Source: Diplonema japonicum | Taxonomy: Eukaryota; Protista; Euglenozoa: Diplonemea | Length of the DNA: 64,000 nucleotides | Reading direction: 5' to 3' | Assembly (NCBI GenBank): GCA_964019335.1 | Contig: OZ025682.1 | Span: 248,001-312,000, forward strand | Part shown: positions 45,239 to 57,150 of the stretch, piece by piece | How the letters are laid out: each line of letters opens with the position of its first letter | How positions within the stretch are numbered: position 1 is the stretch's first letter | Made by a program: the position numbers and the translations under genes | Notes under the pieces: generated by a model | What the model was told of the DNA's origin: nothing | The model's input: only the letters and a program-made list of their open reading frames with translations | The model's database searches: none

Positions 45239-45671
45239 AAAAAAAAAGTGGGAAGAAAAAAAGGAGAGAAAATGCAAAAAAAATAATTTTTTTTTCTTTT
45301 CGTTTGCGTTCTATTTTTTTTAAAAAAAAAGAAAGAAATTTTTTTATTATATTTTTAGGAAAAATTACGACTACAAAAAAAAAAAAAAGAAGGGGCCGGT
45401 GGGGAGGGGGTGGGGGGGAAGACTCTGCTCTATGAAGAGTATGAGAAAATTAAAAAAAAAAAAGATTCTACCCCCTTAAAAGAACCCTCACCACAACCCC
45501 CACCCCTTTTTTTTCTTTTATTCTTTTCATATTTTTTTTTCTTTGTTCCTGTCCTTTCATATTTTTCTCTCCTATTTTCAGATACTCTCTCATCTCAAAA
45601 AAAAAAAAGTGGGGAACAGAGGGGTAAGAAGGGGACGAAAAAAAATCCCCACCCCCCCCACACAAAGAAAC

Positions 45672-48600
45672 ATGATAAGATGGAGAAAATTCATAGTAAT
45701 AGTGGCAACGATAGTGCTGAGTGAAGGAGCACTGAATGGGGTTGGGTGCGTAGATTCACCGTGCACTGCATGTCAAACGGGGTTTTCAGGACCGCCAGGG
45801 TGCAAGCACACCCCCGCGTCATGTGGGTCCACAACCATGCTGACAAATAATAATATGTGTGACTACAATGAGGTTTCCATGAGCCCTGGAGGGACAATTC
45901 CTCAGGAAAAAAGGTGCTGGGAGTTCGATTGTGTGGGACCGATCCAGTTCAAATTCGACTACACACCACAATGCAAACCTGGCGTCTCTACTATCGTTTG
46001 CGGCCAAGTGGATCTTGAAGGGACTGTCACGGTTGCAGGTGACTGCAACACCTTCACGTTGTTCGAGGACTCCTATCAGCCTCCTCTGAACCATCCCATC
46101 ATCGTGTTGCCTGAGTGTGCGGGCAACATCGCAATGCCATTCGAGACTGGGATCCGGGCTTCGCCTGCAGGCACCACCACGGAGTATTACGTGACCTCCC
46201 TCCTCCAGTACGACTCTACCATCATCGGTCAGGACGCGACAGGTTTCGCGTGGTCGTGGAAGTGTCTGGATGGTTGCACCACAGCCCCGGACACGAATGC
46301 GCCTCCCACTCCGGCCCCTGACACGGTTGTTCCGACAGCGAACCCCACTTCTGCGCCAGCTACCGATGCACCAGCTACTCCTGCTCCTGACACACCGGCT
46401 CCGGCCACTCCGGCCCCTGACACACCTGCACCTCATACTCCAGCTCCGGACACACCAGCCCCAGATACCCCTGCACCTGACACTCCAGCTCCAGCCACCC
46501 CTGCACCAGATACCCCTGCACCTGACACTCCAGCCCCAGCTACCCCTGCACCGGATACCCCTGCACCTGACACTCCAGCTCCAGCCACCCCTGCACCAGA
46601 TACCCCTGCACCTGACACTCCAGCCCCAGCTACCCCTGCACCGGATACCCCTGCACCTGACACTCCAGCTCCAGCTACCCCTGCACCGGATACCCCCGCA
46701 CCTGACACTCCAGCTCCAGCTACTCCTGCACCAGATACCTCTGCTCCTGACACTCCAGCCCCAGCCACCCCTGCACCGGATACCTCTGCGCCTGCGACGC
46801 CAGCTCCTGATACCACAGCCCCAGCCACACCTGCACCGGACACACCTTCTCCTGACACGCCTGCACCTGACACACCAGCTCCAGACACACCGGCCCCTGA
46901 TACATCAGCACCCGATACACCGGCCCCTGATACGCCAGCACCGGACACGCCTGCACCTGATACCCCTGCACCTGACACTCCAGCCCCAGACACACCTGCT
47001 CCTCCTCCAGGTGCGACGCCTGCTCCGGACACACCTGCACCTGATACGCCTGCGCCAGACACACCGGCACCTGATACGCCCGCTCCTGACACACCTGCAC
47101 CTCATACATCGGCTCCTGACACGCCAGCACCTGATACTCCTGCACCTGATACACCGGCTCCAGACACACCAGCACCTGATACACCGGCCCCTCCGCCCGG
47201 TACAACACCAGCTCCGGACACGCCTGCGCCTGATACTCCGGCTCCAGACACGCCGGCTCCTGATACGCCGGCTCCAGATACACCAGCTCCTGATACGCCG
47301 GCTCCGGACACACCAGCACCTGATACACCGGCTCCTCCACCGGGTACAACGCCAGCTCCGGACACGCCTGCTCCGGATACACCGGCTCCTGATACGCCAG
47401 CTCCGGACACGCTTGCACCTGATACACCAGCTCCTGATACCCCGGCTCCGGACACGTCTGCTCCTGATACTCCAGCTCCGGACACACCGGCTCCTGATAC
47501 ACCAGCCCCAGACACGCCTGCACCTGATACACCGGTTCCGGATACTCCAGCTCCAGACACACCTGCTCCGGATACTCCAGCTCCGAATACACCTGCTCCG
47601 GACACGCCTGCACCGGATACGCCTGTTCCGGACACAGCTGTTCCTGGCACGCCAGCTCCGGACACACCTGCACCTGATACCCTTGCACCTGATACACCAG
47701 CTCCTGATACCCCGGCTCCGAACACGTCTGTTCCTGATACTCCAGCTCCGGACACACCGGCTCCTGATACACCTGTACCTGATACACCTGCTCCGGACAC
47801 ACCGGCTCCTGATACACCAATACCGGACACACCTGCACCCAACACTCCTGTGCCTGATACCCCTGCGCCTGCAACTCCTGCTCCTGACACACCAATACCC
47901 GCAACGCCGGCTCCAAACACAACAGCACCTGCGACACCATCCCCCGACACACGAGCACCTGCCACGCTTGTGCCTCCTACCTTTGCACCCCTCACGCCTG
48001 CCCCTTCTACCACCGCACCTGACACACTTGCACCTATGACACCCACACCGGGGTCCTACGTGAAGTGGACGAAATGTCCTTCTGAGGTGAAATATGACAC
48101 TTGGAAGGCGGGTGTTGAAATCGTCGCCGCTGTCGGCGGATGCGGGGCATGCCCCTTCTTTGTCGACATGGACGCCGTCAGTGTTGATGGGTCGGAGAAC
48201 ACGTTCGTGCAAAGCACGGCGGGGTCGACGCTGACGGTGACAGTGACGGGCGAGGGAAAGCTGCAAGAGGACGTCACTGTCACGGTAACAGTGAGGGAGG
48301 CGATGCTGAACGGTTCCGTGGATGCAGCAATACCGGTGTGTGTGATGAGGGTGGAGGCACCAGAGGTAGAAAGCAAGTCAGTAAAGCAAGCCGCTGGCGT
48401 GGCAACAGGTGCCAGCGCAGCATTGGGATTAGTATCAGGACCAGCGGCAGCGTCCGCTGTGAGACTAGCACTGGTGAGCGGCGAGTGCGACACCGCAGAT
48501 ATCAACAACAACACGCTCCCGTGGGCCCTGCACCCGACAGGACTGCTCATCAATGACTCCCCTTACGCGGGGTGCATTGTGGGGAACACTGTAATTGCAA

Positions 48601-50177
48601 TTGTCGCCACGCTGCTCTTCGGGCTTGTCATGGCCCTCCTCGTGAAGACAGGCATGACAGGTGTGCAGACCTGGCTTGACAGCAGCGGGATGCTAAGATT
48701 CCCCTCAGTCCCCCTTTTCGTCTTCTTGTTCCTCTACCAAGGCACATCGCTGAGCGCAATGAAGCTACTGGTGTACCCTGAAGGAATCGTCCACACACTG
48801 ATAGCTCTACCAGCGCTTATCATGTGTATCGGTGTTCCGTACAAAGTGAAGGGTGCGTTGCAACAAGGCATAGAGGTGAAACGCCACGCGGAGTACTGGA
48901 TCGACCCTAAGGAGAACGCACCTAAATGGCTTCAGTTCATCATCGGGAAGGGGGAGTGGGTGTCGACAAGGAGGTCGAACCACTTCGCTCAGCGGTACAC
49001 ATCAGTGTTGAGGGCGTACTGCGAAGACAGGTGCTGGTACGTGGTCATGGAGTTCATGAGCATGTTTCTACTGTCCTGTGCAATGGTGCTCCACACCGAT
49101 TCGTTCGTAAAGTGCGGACACGTCAGGATATTCAGCGGATTTGTAAACCTGGTGTTTGGTACAATCGATTTCATAGGGAGACCACACTCCCGTGCGAGGG
49201 ACACCATTCTGGACCCGTTGATGTACTACGCACAAGCAATCGGGCTTCTCTTCGTGGGCTTGGGGTACTACAGTAAGGATCTGACACATTGGGGTTTCGA
49301 CGCATCGGGGGGCATGTTCATGACAGCTACTGTTGTACTTCTTATAAAACTCATTTTGGACATCTGCACCATGTTTTACGTCCTTTACAAAAGGAGAAGG
49401 GAGAGGTTTCAACAGCAGGCTTGGGAGCTTACCGATGATGTTAAGAAGTTCACAGGTGTCGGGCCGATTGTTGAGCTCGAGCCAATATCACCGACAAAGG
49501 TGAGCACGAGTGATGGTGGTTCTGCAGAAGATTCCCCACGATCGGAGTCGAAGACGATGATGTCCCGCTCGCTTCTTTCAGATGCGGAAAGATTCTCACC
49601 GTTTGTTCCAACAGTGGGGCTGCCTCCTCCTCGGAGAAAATCTCGAAGAGAACCGTCGAGCAACATGCTGGTCCACAGCGGGGCAAAGAGCTTAAGCGTT
49701 CCATCTGAAGGAAGTTTCAACATGGGCCCACCGGCGGTGCTGGTAGTTAGTGGAACACCAGCAGGGTTTAGGGGGATGTACACATTTTCCCCGCAAAACG
49801 GTGTAATGACATGGTCCTGTAACGGTGCGAAAACGATTAAGCAGAATCCGGAAACAGGATCTTATGTTATGTCCTCTGGGAAATATAAGATACAGTCTCC
49901 TGAGGTTTCTGATCCAAAAGCAACGTTTCCGAACCATATAACTGTCTGGAACCCTGCCAATTCTTTCAGTACTTTGGCGGTGGACCTCTCGATAGTTGAA
50001 GCATCCTCCGCGTTCACATCGAGAAGGAAAACCGCGCCGAACCTCACCACACCCAGCACGACCGGTACTGATCTGCAAAGGACCTCGACGGCGTCAAGTT
50101 TCTCTCTACCACACACCAATTCGTCTGTCGCGGGGGACACCAAACCTGTTGCTGGATATTCACGAATGGATGTTTGA
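45672..50177 (+). CDS. Large surface protein: signal peptide, Cys-rich domain, (TPAPD)n mucin-like stalk, multi-pass TM domain, S/T-rich tail; 1501 aa
   Basis: ORF translation with hydrophobic helices after about 48400. Confidence 0.85.
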   Translation: MIRWRKFIVIVATIVLSEGALNGVGCVDSPCTACQTGFSGPPGCKHTPASCGSTTMLTNNNMCDYNEVSMSPGGTIPQEKRCWEFDCVGPIQFKFDYTPQCKPGVSTIVCGQVDLEGTVTVAGDCNTFTLFEDSYQPPLNHPIIVLPECAGNIAMPFETGIRASPAGTTTEYYVTSLLQYDSTIIGQDATGFAWSWKCLDGCTTAPDTNAPPTPAPDTVVPTANPTSAPATDAPATPAPDTPAPATPAPDTPAPHTPAPDTPAPDTPAPDTPAPATPAPDTPAPDTPAPATPAPDTPAPDTPAPATPAPDTPAPDTPAPATPAPDTPAPDTPAPATPAPDTPAPDTPAPATPAPDTSAPDTPAPATPAPDTSAPATPAPDTTAPATPAPDTPSPDTPAPDTPAPDTPAPDTSAPDTPAPDTPAPDTPAPDTPAPDTPAPDTPAPPPGATPAPDTPAPDTPAPDTPAPDTPAPDTPAPHTSAPDTPAPDTPAPDTPAPDTPAPDTPAPPPGTTPAPDTPAPDTPAPDTPAPDTPAPDTPAPDTPAPDTPAPDTPAPPPGTTPAPDTPAPDTPAPDTPAPDTLAPDTPAPDTPAPDTSAPDTPAPDTPAPDTPAPDTPAPDTPVPDTPAPDTPAPDTPAPNTPAPDTPAPDTPVPDTAVPGTPAPDTPAPDTLAPDTPAPDTPAPNTSVPDTPAPDTPAPDTPVPDTPAPDTPAPDTPIPDTPAPNTPVPDTPAPATPAPDTPIPATPAPNTTAPATPSPDTRAPATLVPPTFAPLTPAPSTTAPDTLAPMTPTPGSYVKWTKCPSEVKYDTWKAGVEIVAAVGGCGACPFFVDMDAVSVDGSENTFVQSTAGSTLTVTVTGEGKLQEDVTVTVTVREAMLNGSVDAAIPVCVMRVEAPEVESKSVKQAAGVATGASAALGLVSGPAAASAVRLALVSGECDTADINNNTLPWALHPTGLLINDSPYAGCIVGNTVIAIVATLLFGLVMALLVKTGMTGVQTWLDSSGMLRFPSVPLFVFLFLYQGTSLSAMKLLVYPEGIVHTLIALPALIMCIGVPYKVKGALQQGIEVKRHAEYWIDPKENAPKWLQFIIGKGEWVSTRRSNHFAQRYTSVLRAYCEDRCWYVVMEFMSMFLLSCAMVLHTDSFVKCGHVRIFSGFVNLVFGTIDFIGRPHSRARDTILDPLMYYAQAIGLLFVGLGYYSKDLTHWGFDASGGMFMTATVVLLIKLILDICTMFYVLYKRRRERFQQQAWELTDDVKKFTGVGPIVELEPISPTKVSTSDGGSAEDSPRSESKTMMSRSLLSDAERFSPFVPTVGLPPPRRKSRREPSSNMLVHSGAKSLSVPSEGSFNMGPPAVLVVSGTPAGFRGMYTFSPQNGVMTWSCNGAKTIKQNPETGSYVMSSGKYKIQSPEVSDPKATFPNHITVWNPANSFSTLAVDLSIVEASSAFTSRRKTAPNLTTPSTTGTDLQRTSTASSFSLPHTNSSVAGDTKPVAGYSRMDV
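46290..48050 (+). repeat. Coding 15-bp tandem repeat (TPAPD/TPAPA), about 1.7 kb
   Basis: More than 100 pentapeptide units with synonymous variation and higher-order blocks. Confidence 0.95.
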
Positions 50178-50267
50178 ATTTTTTAAGAAGGGAGAAAGGG
50201 GTAGATAAGTAGAGACAAGGGGGACGTTCCAAAACAGGAACCTCCTTTATCTCATCTCTTTTTTTAA

Positions 50268-50756
50268 CCATTAAGCCCACAGGCAAAAAACCGAAAAAAA
50301 GCCCATTTTTGAGGCGCTTCCAAAAAATTCAAAAAAATGGCAGCATTTAACCATACAAAGTGTTCTTTTTATGGAGAAATGACTTCTGGAGACATTCAGG
50401 TATCAGGGTTCCCCTGAACTGGCTTTTGAACCGGACATGACTGGTGAGGTCCATTAACATCCATAGGCCCAGAAACGCTCGGATACCCAGAACTACCACT
50501 TTCTGACATTTCTTCGCATTCTTCATCACTGCTACCAGTCGAGTATTCATCATTCTCACTCATTTTTCCCCGGAATTTCGACCTCTCAAATTCTTAAAAT
50601 AATGCTAAAAAATGGCAGCATTTAGCCAAACAAAGTGAAAAGAATCGCGCAAATGGCGTCAGAAGAGTGAAAGAATGGTCATAATTTGACCAAAAGGCCT
50701 ATAGATTTTTTCTTTTTTTTTTTATGTCATATATGTATGACATGTGGGTTTAATAG
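50268..50756 (-). mobile_element. Internally deleted piggyBac-like element (489 bp)
   Basis: TTAA at 50264-50267 and 50757-50760. TIR CCATTAAGCCCACA / TGTGGGTTTAATAG (12/14). Internal 30-bp direct repeat at 50333-50362 and 50608-50637. Minus-strand acidic 55-aa ORF at 50563..50396. Confidence 0.7.
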
Positions 50757-51385
50757 TTAAAAAAAAAAAAGATTTTTTTTTTCTGACTTTTCCTCTCTCT
50801 CTCTTTTTCTCTCTCCCGCACACCCAAAGTTCGTTTTTAAAAAACGGATGATCTTTTTTTTTTTTTTTTTTGATATATCTATTGTAATAAAGAATGGGGG
50901 GGGGGGGGGGGGTAAAGGGGATGAATTGACATACTGTGGGAGGGGGAAAAAAAATTGTCAGACTTGACTGGTAAAAAAGTCGAGGGTTGATAAACTTCCG
51001 GAATTTTTTTTTTTTTTTTTTTTTTTTTGGATCTCTTCCCCTCCCCGTAAAGAAATCCATACGCAAGAATCAAAGGGAACCAGAAGAAGAAGAAGGAAAA
51101 AAAAAAAAAAAAAGAAACACACAAAAAAACGTTGCTGAAGGGAATGAAAAAAATGTAAACCTTTTTTTTTGATTTAATAAACGAATAAGGGGTGTCAGGA
51201 AAGTCCTGACAAATATGCCCCCCCCGTTTATAATTTCTTTTTTTTAAGATTAGGGGTTCACAAGGTAAAGGGGTGCATAGTAGGTATTCGATTAAGGGTT
51301 TACATTAGAACAAGGGAAAAAAAAAGAAAAAAGTCTTAAAAAAAAGAAGATGAAAGAACGAAGGAACGAAAAAGAATGCAGGGAA

Positions 51386-51445
<60 letters not shown>

Positions 51446-51945
51446 ATTCTATAATACTTTTTTCATTTTGACTTTGAATTTCAAAAAAAAAAGAAAAAAC
51501 AAAACAAAACAAAAAAAAGGCCTTCCCTTGGGGTCCTTTTCACACCGGCAAAAACCACTGCAACTCGATTTTGACACGATTTCTGCATGTCTTTTCATGT
51601 AAGGAAAAAAAAAAAAAAAAAAAAAAAAAATGAATGGAGATATTATTCTTTTTTTGCTTCTGCTCAGTCTTGTAGTTCTGTAGTTTCCCTGTTTTGAGTT
51701 TCCGCAAACAAGAAAAGAAAAAGAATGGGGGGGAGGGAAGAAAATACTTGTAAATCTCTGTGAGACGATTTTTTTTTTTTTTAAATTATAAATTAAGATA
51801 TTTACAGTGTTTCTTTTAGTTTCACGCTTTATAAAAAAAAAAAAAAAAAAAAAGAAAATGATATGAATAATAATTTTTTAACATAAAAAATATGGAAAAG
51901 AGAAAGAAAATAGACAAAAAAAAAATAGGAGGGGAGAAGGGAACT

Positions 51946-52090
51946 GCTCGGTAAACTGGATACTTGGTTGCCCGGGCCCCCGGCAAGGGATGCAGTATCT
52001 AAACAGGTACTCTCATCTATCTAAAGAGGGTGGGGAATCCCCACCAGCCGAGGGAGCCCCAGGTGATCAAAAAGTAACTCGTGGCTGAGC
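51946..52090 (+). ncRNA. Candidate structured RNA or retroposon 5' remnant
   Basis: GC-rich multi-hairpin island (GATAC/GTATC, TTGCC..GGCAA, GGTGGGGA/TCCCCACC, AGCCGAG/CTCGTGGCT) in AT-rich DNA. It shares a motif with 4806-4834. Confidence 0.35.
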
Positions 52091-52122
52091 GAAAACTGAC
52101 AATGAATGTTTATTTTGTGTGT

Positions 52123-52156
<34 letters not shown>

Positions 52157-53421
52157 TTGAAGGGGAAAGGCCGCACCTGAAAGAGTACAACTTTTGTATG
52201 TGTGTTTTTATCCGATAACTTACCTCCCCCCCCCCCCCCCCCCCCCCACGACTTTTTTTTTCGTTCTTCAAACTCTCAGAATGGGGGGAAAAAAAAGAAT
52301 AGGCAGGTTAATACACCTGCCCGACATTCTTTCTCCCCCTTTTTTTTTAATTTTGGAAAACTGCGAAGAACAAGTGTTTTTTCTATTCAATTTAAAAAAA
52401 AAAAAATAAAAAAATTAAGGGAGACAACGTCGCTTTGTTTTTGTAACACTAAATCTTTTTCTTTTTTTTTTTACTTTTTTTTTCTTAAAAAAAGATTTGT
52501 TTATTCATGCGAGTGACAACTTCCCCGCAAACTATTTTTTTTGGGGGTGTGTGTGTGTGTGTTTAATACCCCCCTTTTTTTAGTGTAAATTTTTAAAAGA
52601 GTGAGCGTGTGATAGTTTTTTTTTCTCCCCCCCCCCTAAGTAAAACCCACAACACATCTCACGTCACAAAGACTTTAGTGGATACCAAAAAGTTTGTGCT
52701 GGGTGGGATTATTCGCGGATGTGGAAGTGGCAAGAAAATAGAACTCAAATGAGACTATTATAATAAATGTTTGGGGGGGGGGGGAGGAAGAAAAAAAGTA
52801 TCGTACATATGTTTTTTTTTCTTCTTCTTTTTTATGTGTATGGAACGTACGAAAACAGCAGCAAAAAAAAGGGAGGCGGTCCTCCTCGTGTGTGTGTTTT
52901 TTTTGGGGGGGGTGTCAATGAAAAGACACAACAAAAGAGAGAAAGAAAACTTAATTTGCTTTCTTTTTTTTTTCCCCCCCTTCTTTTTAATTCGAAGTCA
53001 AATTGAGCACACAAAAAAAAAAAAAAAAAAAAAAAACCCAAGCAATAAAGAAAACTGATCATCCCTTGTGCCGAGCAAAGAAACTTATGTTAACTTTTTT
53101 TTTGTTTAGTAAAGGTATAAACTGTAGGCATGCGGAGGTTCAAAATTCAACTACCTCTCTCGCACTTTCTTTGCTCGAGCGAAAAAAAAAATACCCCCAC
53201 CAAAAAAAAAAAAAGGATACTTAGATACTTAGCGCGTGAAAGCAGGACAGAGTATTTATAAAGTTTTAGAAGTGTCTCCTCCTATACCACGTTGGATTTC
53301 CCCACTCCCTAGAACGGGAATTTTTGACATGTCTAAACATAAAAAAGGGGAACGTTGACAACATGTTTTTTTTTAACAAGTTATAAACTTTCTACAGATA
53401 CTCACTTTTAAAGGATCTTTT

Positions 53422-53451
53422 TTTTCTTTTCTTTTCTTTTCTTTTCTTTTC

Positions 53452-53471
<20 letters not shown>
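53422..53471. repeat. (TTTTC)n microsatellite
   Basis: About 10 perfect units. Confidence 0.9.
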
Positions 53472-53488
<17 letters not shown>

Positions 53489-53569
53489 TTTATTCTCACA
53501 ACAGTTGTTCAAAAAAAATCGAAATTATTTCGGTTTGAAATGTATTTTTTTTTTTTTTTTGTTTCTGAT

Positions 53570-53620
<51 letters not shown>

Positions 53621-55381
53621 ATTTTTTTCTTGTTTTTTGGCGATGGTAACAGACACCAATTCAAGCCGAAGCTATAAAGTACCTAAAAGCACATCTTTCT
53701 TTTTTTTTTTTTTTTTTTCTCTTTTTTTTTCCCCTCAAAACACCTCACATCTCTGAAGTATCTCCAGGTTAGGGCTTACCGAGAGTGAAGGTTATTGTTG
53801 ACCTTTATTTTTTTTTCCCCCCACCTTTTTTTCTCTCCCCCCCCCTTTTTTTTAAAATCTAATCTATGAAAGGCTGTTCAAAATCCTGATCCAGGGTCAT
53901 AAAGAAAAAATGCAGGTAGCACTCGAGGGAAAAAAAAAAAGAAGAGAAAGGGGAAAAGAGGAAAAAGCAGAGATTGAAACTGAAACTAATGTCTCTTGCC
54001 TTCCGCCCTCCACACACTCCCTTTTTTTTTGCCAAACTCCTTCGCGTTGTGTTGCCTGTATTAACTAGCCCTCAAACCAAGCATCTTTCCTTGAGCCTCC
54101 TTTCTTAATTTTTTCTCCTTTTCATTAACAGTTCATTAAGTAGTTAAGGTTTTTTTTTTTTTTTTTTTTTTTTAATGGGTTGGGTATTAAAAAAAAAATT
54201 CTTTTATCTTGGCTTTGGCAGGGAAGAAAAAGAAAGGGGAAGAGGTGGGAAGATCGAACTTTTTTTTAAAGATTTTCCCTGATGCTCTTTCCCTCCTCCT
54301 CCACCTTCCCCTTGTCAGGAAAGAAAGAAAGAAGAAACATTTGGGGATCCTCCCCTCCCCACCCGTGATTACTCAATTCAAATATGGGTTTTGCTCAGTA
54401 AAATTGAGAATAAGAAAAGTGGGGAAAGGTCTTTTTTTTTTTTTTTTTTTTTTAAGAGTTTCATTCTGATTTCTTTTATTTTCCCCACAGTTATGTAATC
54501 TTTTATGGCTTTTTTCAATCCTATTTCTTCTCCCCGAAAAAAAAAAAGAGAGATTAATTTTTTTCTGCTGCTTCTGCTATTCTTCCCCCCCCCCCCCCCC
54601 CTCCCCCTTTGAGATGTAACTCTAGATTAAAAGGGCTGGACCAACTTGCTTACTTAACTTGTAAAAAAAACTCGCCGCTGCCGAAAAGGGATTTTTCTAT
54701 CTAAATCGTAAGGTCGTGGTCCTTGTTTTCTTTTTTTTTTTTGTTCTATTTTATAGTGAGCACCTCCCCCCCTACCCGTGCACACTGAAACTTTTTTGAA
54801 TTTCTTCTCCTTTCCTTTCCTCATCATCATCTCTTCCTCTAGCTACAAACAATGGCATTGAGACAGAGGGAAAGGATTGTTTAAGAAACACGAAAAAAAA
54901 ACAAAAAAACAAAAAAACAAAATAGCTAAGTATAGCATTATATTCACGACGAATGTAATGAAAATTTTTTATGTTACTCGAGAGTGAAAACAAAAGAACC
55001 TCGTGAGAGGCCGAAGGCCTATTGTGTGTGTGTGTGTGTGTGTTTTCTTTTCTCCACCAACAATGGCCTACCAAGGATGACACCACATGTATGGGTCGAA
55101 AGAATTGGAAGAAAAAAAAAAAATAAAAAACGTCCAAGGATGCACCAAGGTTCTTCTTCTTTTTATGGTGTCCCTTAATAGAGAACTATCCCCCTCCCCC
55201 TCCCCGGGATTTTGTACATTCCAAAGGTTTATTTTTAAAGGTGATTGCCGCCTTTCTGTGGCATTTCTTTTTTTTTTTTTTTTTTTTTTTTCTGTTTGCG
55301 TACAACCTTTTCCTGGGATGAAAAAAAAAGAGAAAAAAAAGGGGGGGGGAAGAATTAGGTAGAGTTATGAGATTCACCACA

Positions 55382-55424
<43 letters not shown>

Positions 55425-56077
55425 AACCGCCTTTTCTCAAGTTTAACCACAAAAAAAAAAAATGAGAGAAAAGAAAGAAGAAAAAAAATTCTTACGAAAG
55501 CAAAAAAAAAAAAAAAACACACACCAAAGAACGACTTTGAACGAAAACAAACAAAAAAAGGACGTGGTGACCTTGCCATGCCTAACTGTGGCTCTTTACC
55601 CCCGTGCTACTGAAATGGTCATCGAACACATTTGTACGTCCCCCCTCTTTTTTCTCTCTCTTTTGGTTCACCTTTTTTTTGGCTGGTGACTGATGAAGAA
55701 GTCTTGGGGGAGATATCCTAAATGTTACTTTGCTGTCTTTAAGTTTTTTTTTTTAACAGCGAACACCCCACCCCCCATGCACACTGCAGTCTTATCGAGT
55801 TTTCTTTTCTTTCTGTTGTGCATTTCTTTTTTTCTGGCGGGGGGGTGGAAGTTGCTAACACTTCATTTCCCCCCTCCTCATCCTCCTCCTCCTCATCCTC
55901 CTCCCCCATCATAGTGAATGGTTTGTTGTTTTATTTTTCTTATTTTTCTTTCTCTCTCCACTCTTTCCTATGCTCCTTCTATTCCCCCCCCTTTATTTTT
56001 TTTTTTTTTACGCCCAAACACTTCAGATTAAATTAAAAAAAAAAGAGGGGGACGGAAAAAAAAAAAAAAAAAAAAAA

Positions 56078-56764
56078 ATGCGTTCGAGCACAGAAGACGC
56101 GGACCGCCCGACCCCAGTAAAATTCCCTCAAAAAAGGATGAAGAAGCAGCACGCAGGGATATTATCGATGATAGGGTTCTTAGGGGCAACGGCAATACTA
56201 GGGGGGACGATTATAATCATCGTTGGGGTGAGTTGGGATGGGAGCAACAGAGGTGGGGAGTGGGGCCCCGGACAGGTCAAGATAGAGAAGGTCAGCCAAG
56301 TCTCAGACGACCCTCCCTGCAAGGTGGAGTGCAACTGCACAAGGGCGTGCAACGATGATTCCACAGATACAGTAACCTGCAACTCTACCCGCAGCTGTTA
56401 TATGTGCATTGGCAGCCGATATGAAATTCTTGCTACCAGTCCCGCATGTCCTAATGCCAATCTTACATATACATCGCCATGTGCGCTTACAGCCCCCTTC
56501 ATCCCATCTAGCACCCCAGAGTCCTTTGCAGGGGCATTCATACATGAATCCTGTACACGTTTGACGCCTCGGTCGAGCTTCGAGCCCTACCTTCCCCGGT
56601 CTATTCGGGCAGATCCTGCTTTTCTTATACGCACAGGATCCATAGTTGCCGGTATTGGATTCGCTGTGCTTTGTGTGTCCCTGGCAAGCTTTTTCTACTC
56701 GGAAAGCTCCTATGAACTGGCAAGGCAGCAATACAGAGCTAGTAAAGAACTAGGTGTACAATAA
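56078..56764 (+). CDS. Two-TM membrane protein with Cys-rich luminal loop, 228 aa
   Basis: Hydrophobic helices near both ends, with about 10 Cys between them. Confidence 0.7.
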   Translation: MRSSTEDADRPTPVKFPQKRMKKQHAGILSMIGFLGATAILGGTIIIIVGVSWDGSNRGGEWGPGQVKIEKVSQVSDDPPCKVECNCTRACNDDSTDTVTCNSTRSCYMCIGSRYEILATSPACPNANLTYTSPCALTAPFIPSSTPESFAGAFIHESCTRLTPRSSFEPYLPRSIRADPAFLIRTGSIVAGIGFAVLCVSLASFFYSESSYELARQQYRASKELGVQ

Positions 56765-57086
56765 GGAGTTTTTTTTTATTTTTTTTATGGGTAGTTTGTG
56801 AATTTGTCTCTAAATAGAAGTGAGGGGGGGGGGGTGGACAAAACAGAAGAAGATGGGGGAAAAAAAAAAGTGTACGGTAGAGGGAAAACCCGTAGTATTA
56901 TTATTTTTTTTTTCTTCTTCCACGTTCCTCTTTTTTTTGGCGCCCATTCCCCAACCACCCTTGTGAAACTTTTTGTCTTTTCTTTTTTTTGTTTTTTTTT
57001 TAGAAAAAAACACAAAAGTTTGAAACACAAAAAAAAAAAAAAAAGGCGCGGGCGGGAGGGGGAGGAGGGAAGGAATCCTCTTTGAA

Positions 57087-57139
<53 letters not shown>

Positions 57140-57150
57140 ATCCCTTCCTT

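Noticed and set aside
46270-48266. Long alternative-frame and antisense ORFs ((SGAGV)n, RC-rich, LH-rich)
   Set aside because: By-products of the stop-free 15-bp coding repeat.
52040-52070. Second HDV-like ribozyme on the minus strand (GGC-TCCCTCG-GCT)
   Set aside because: A P3/L3-like hairpin is present, but P1, P2 and J4/2 cannot be assembled in the right order.
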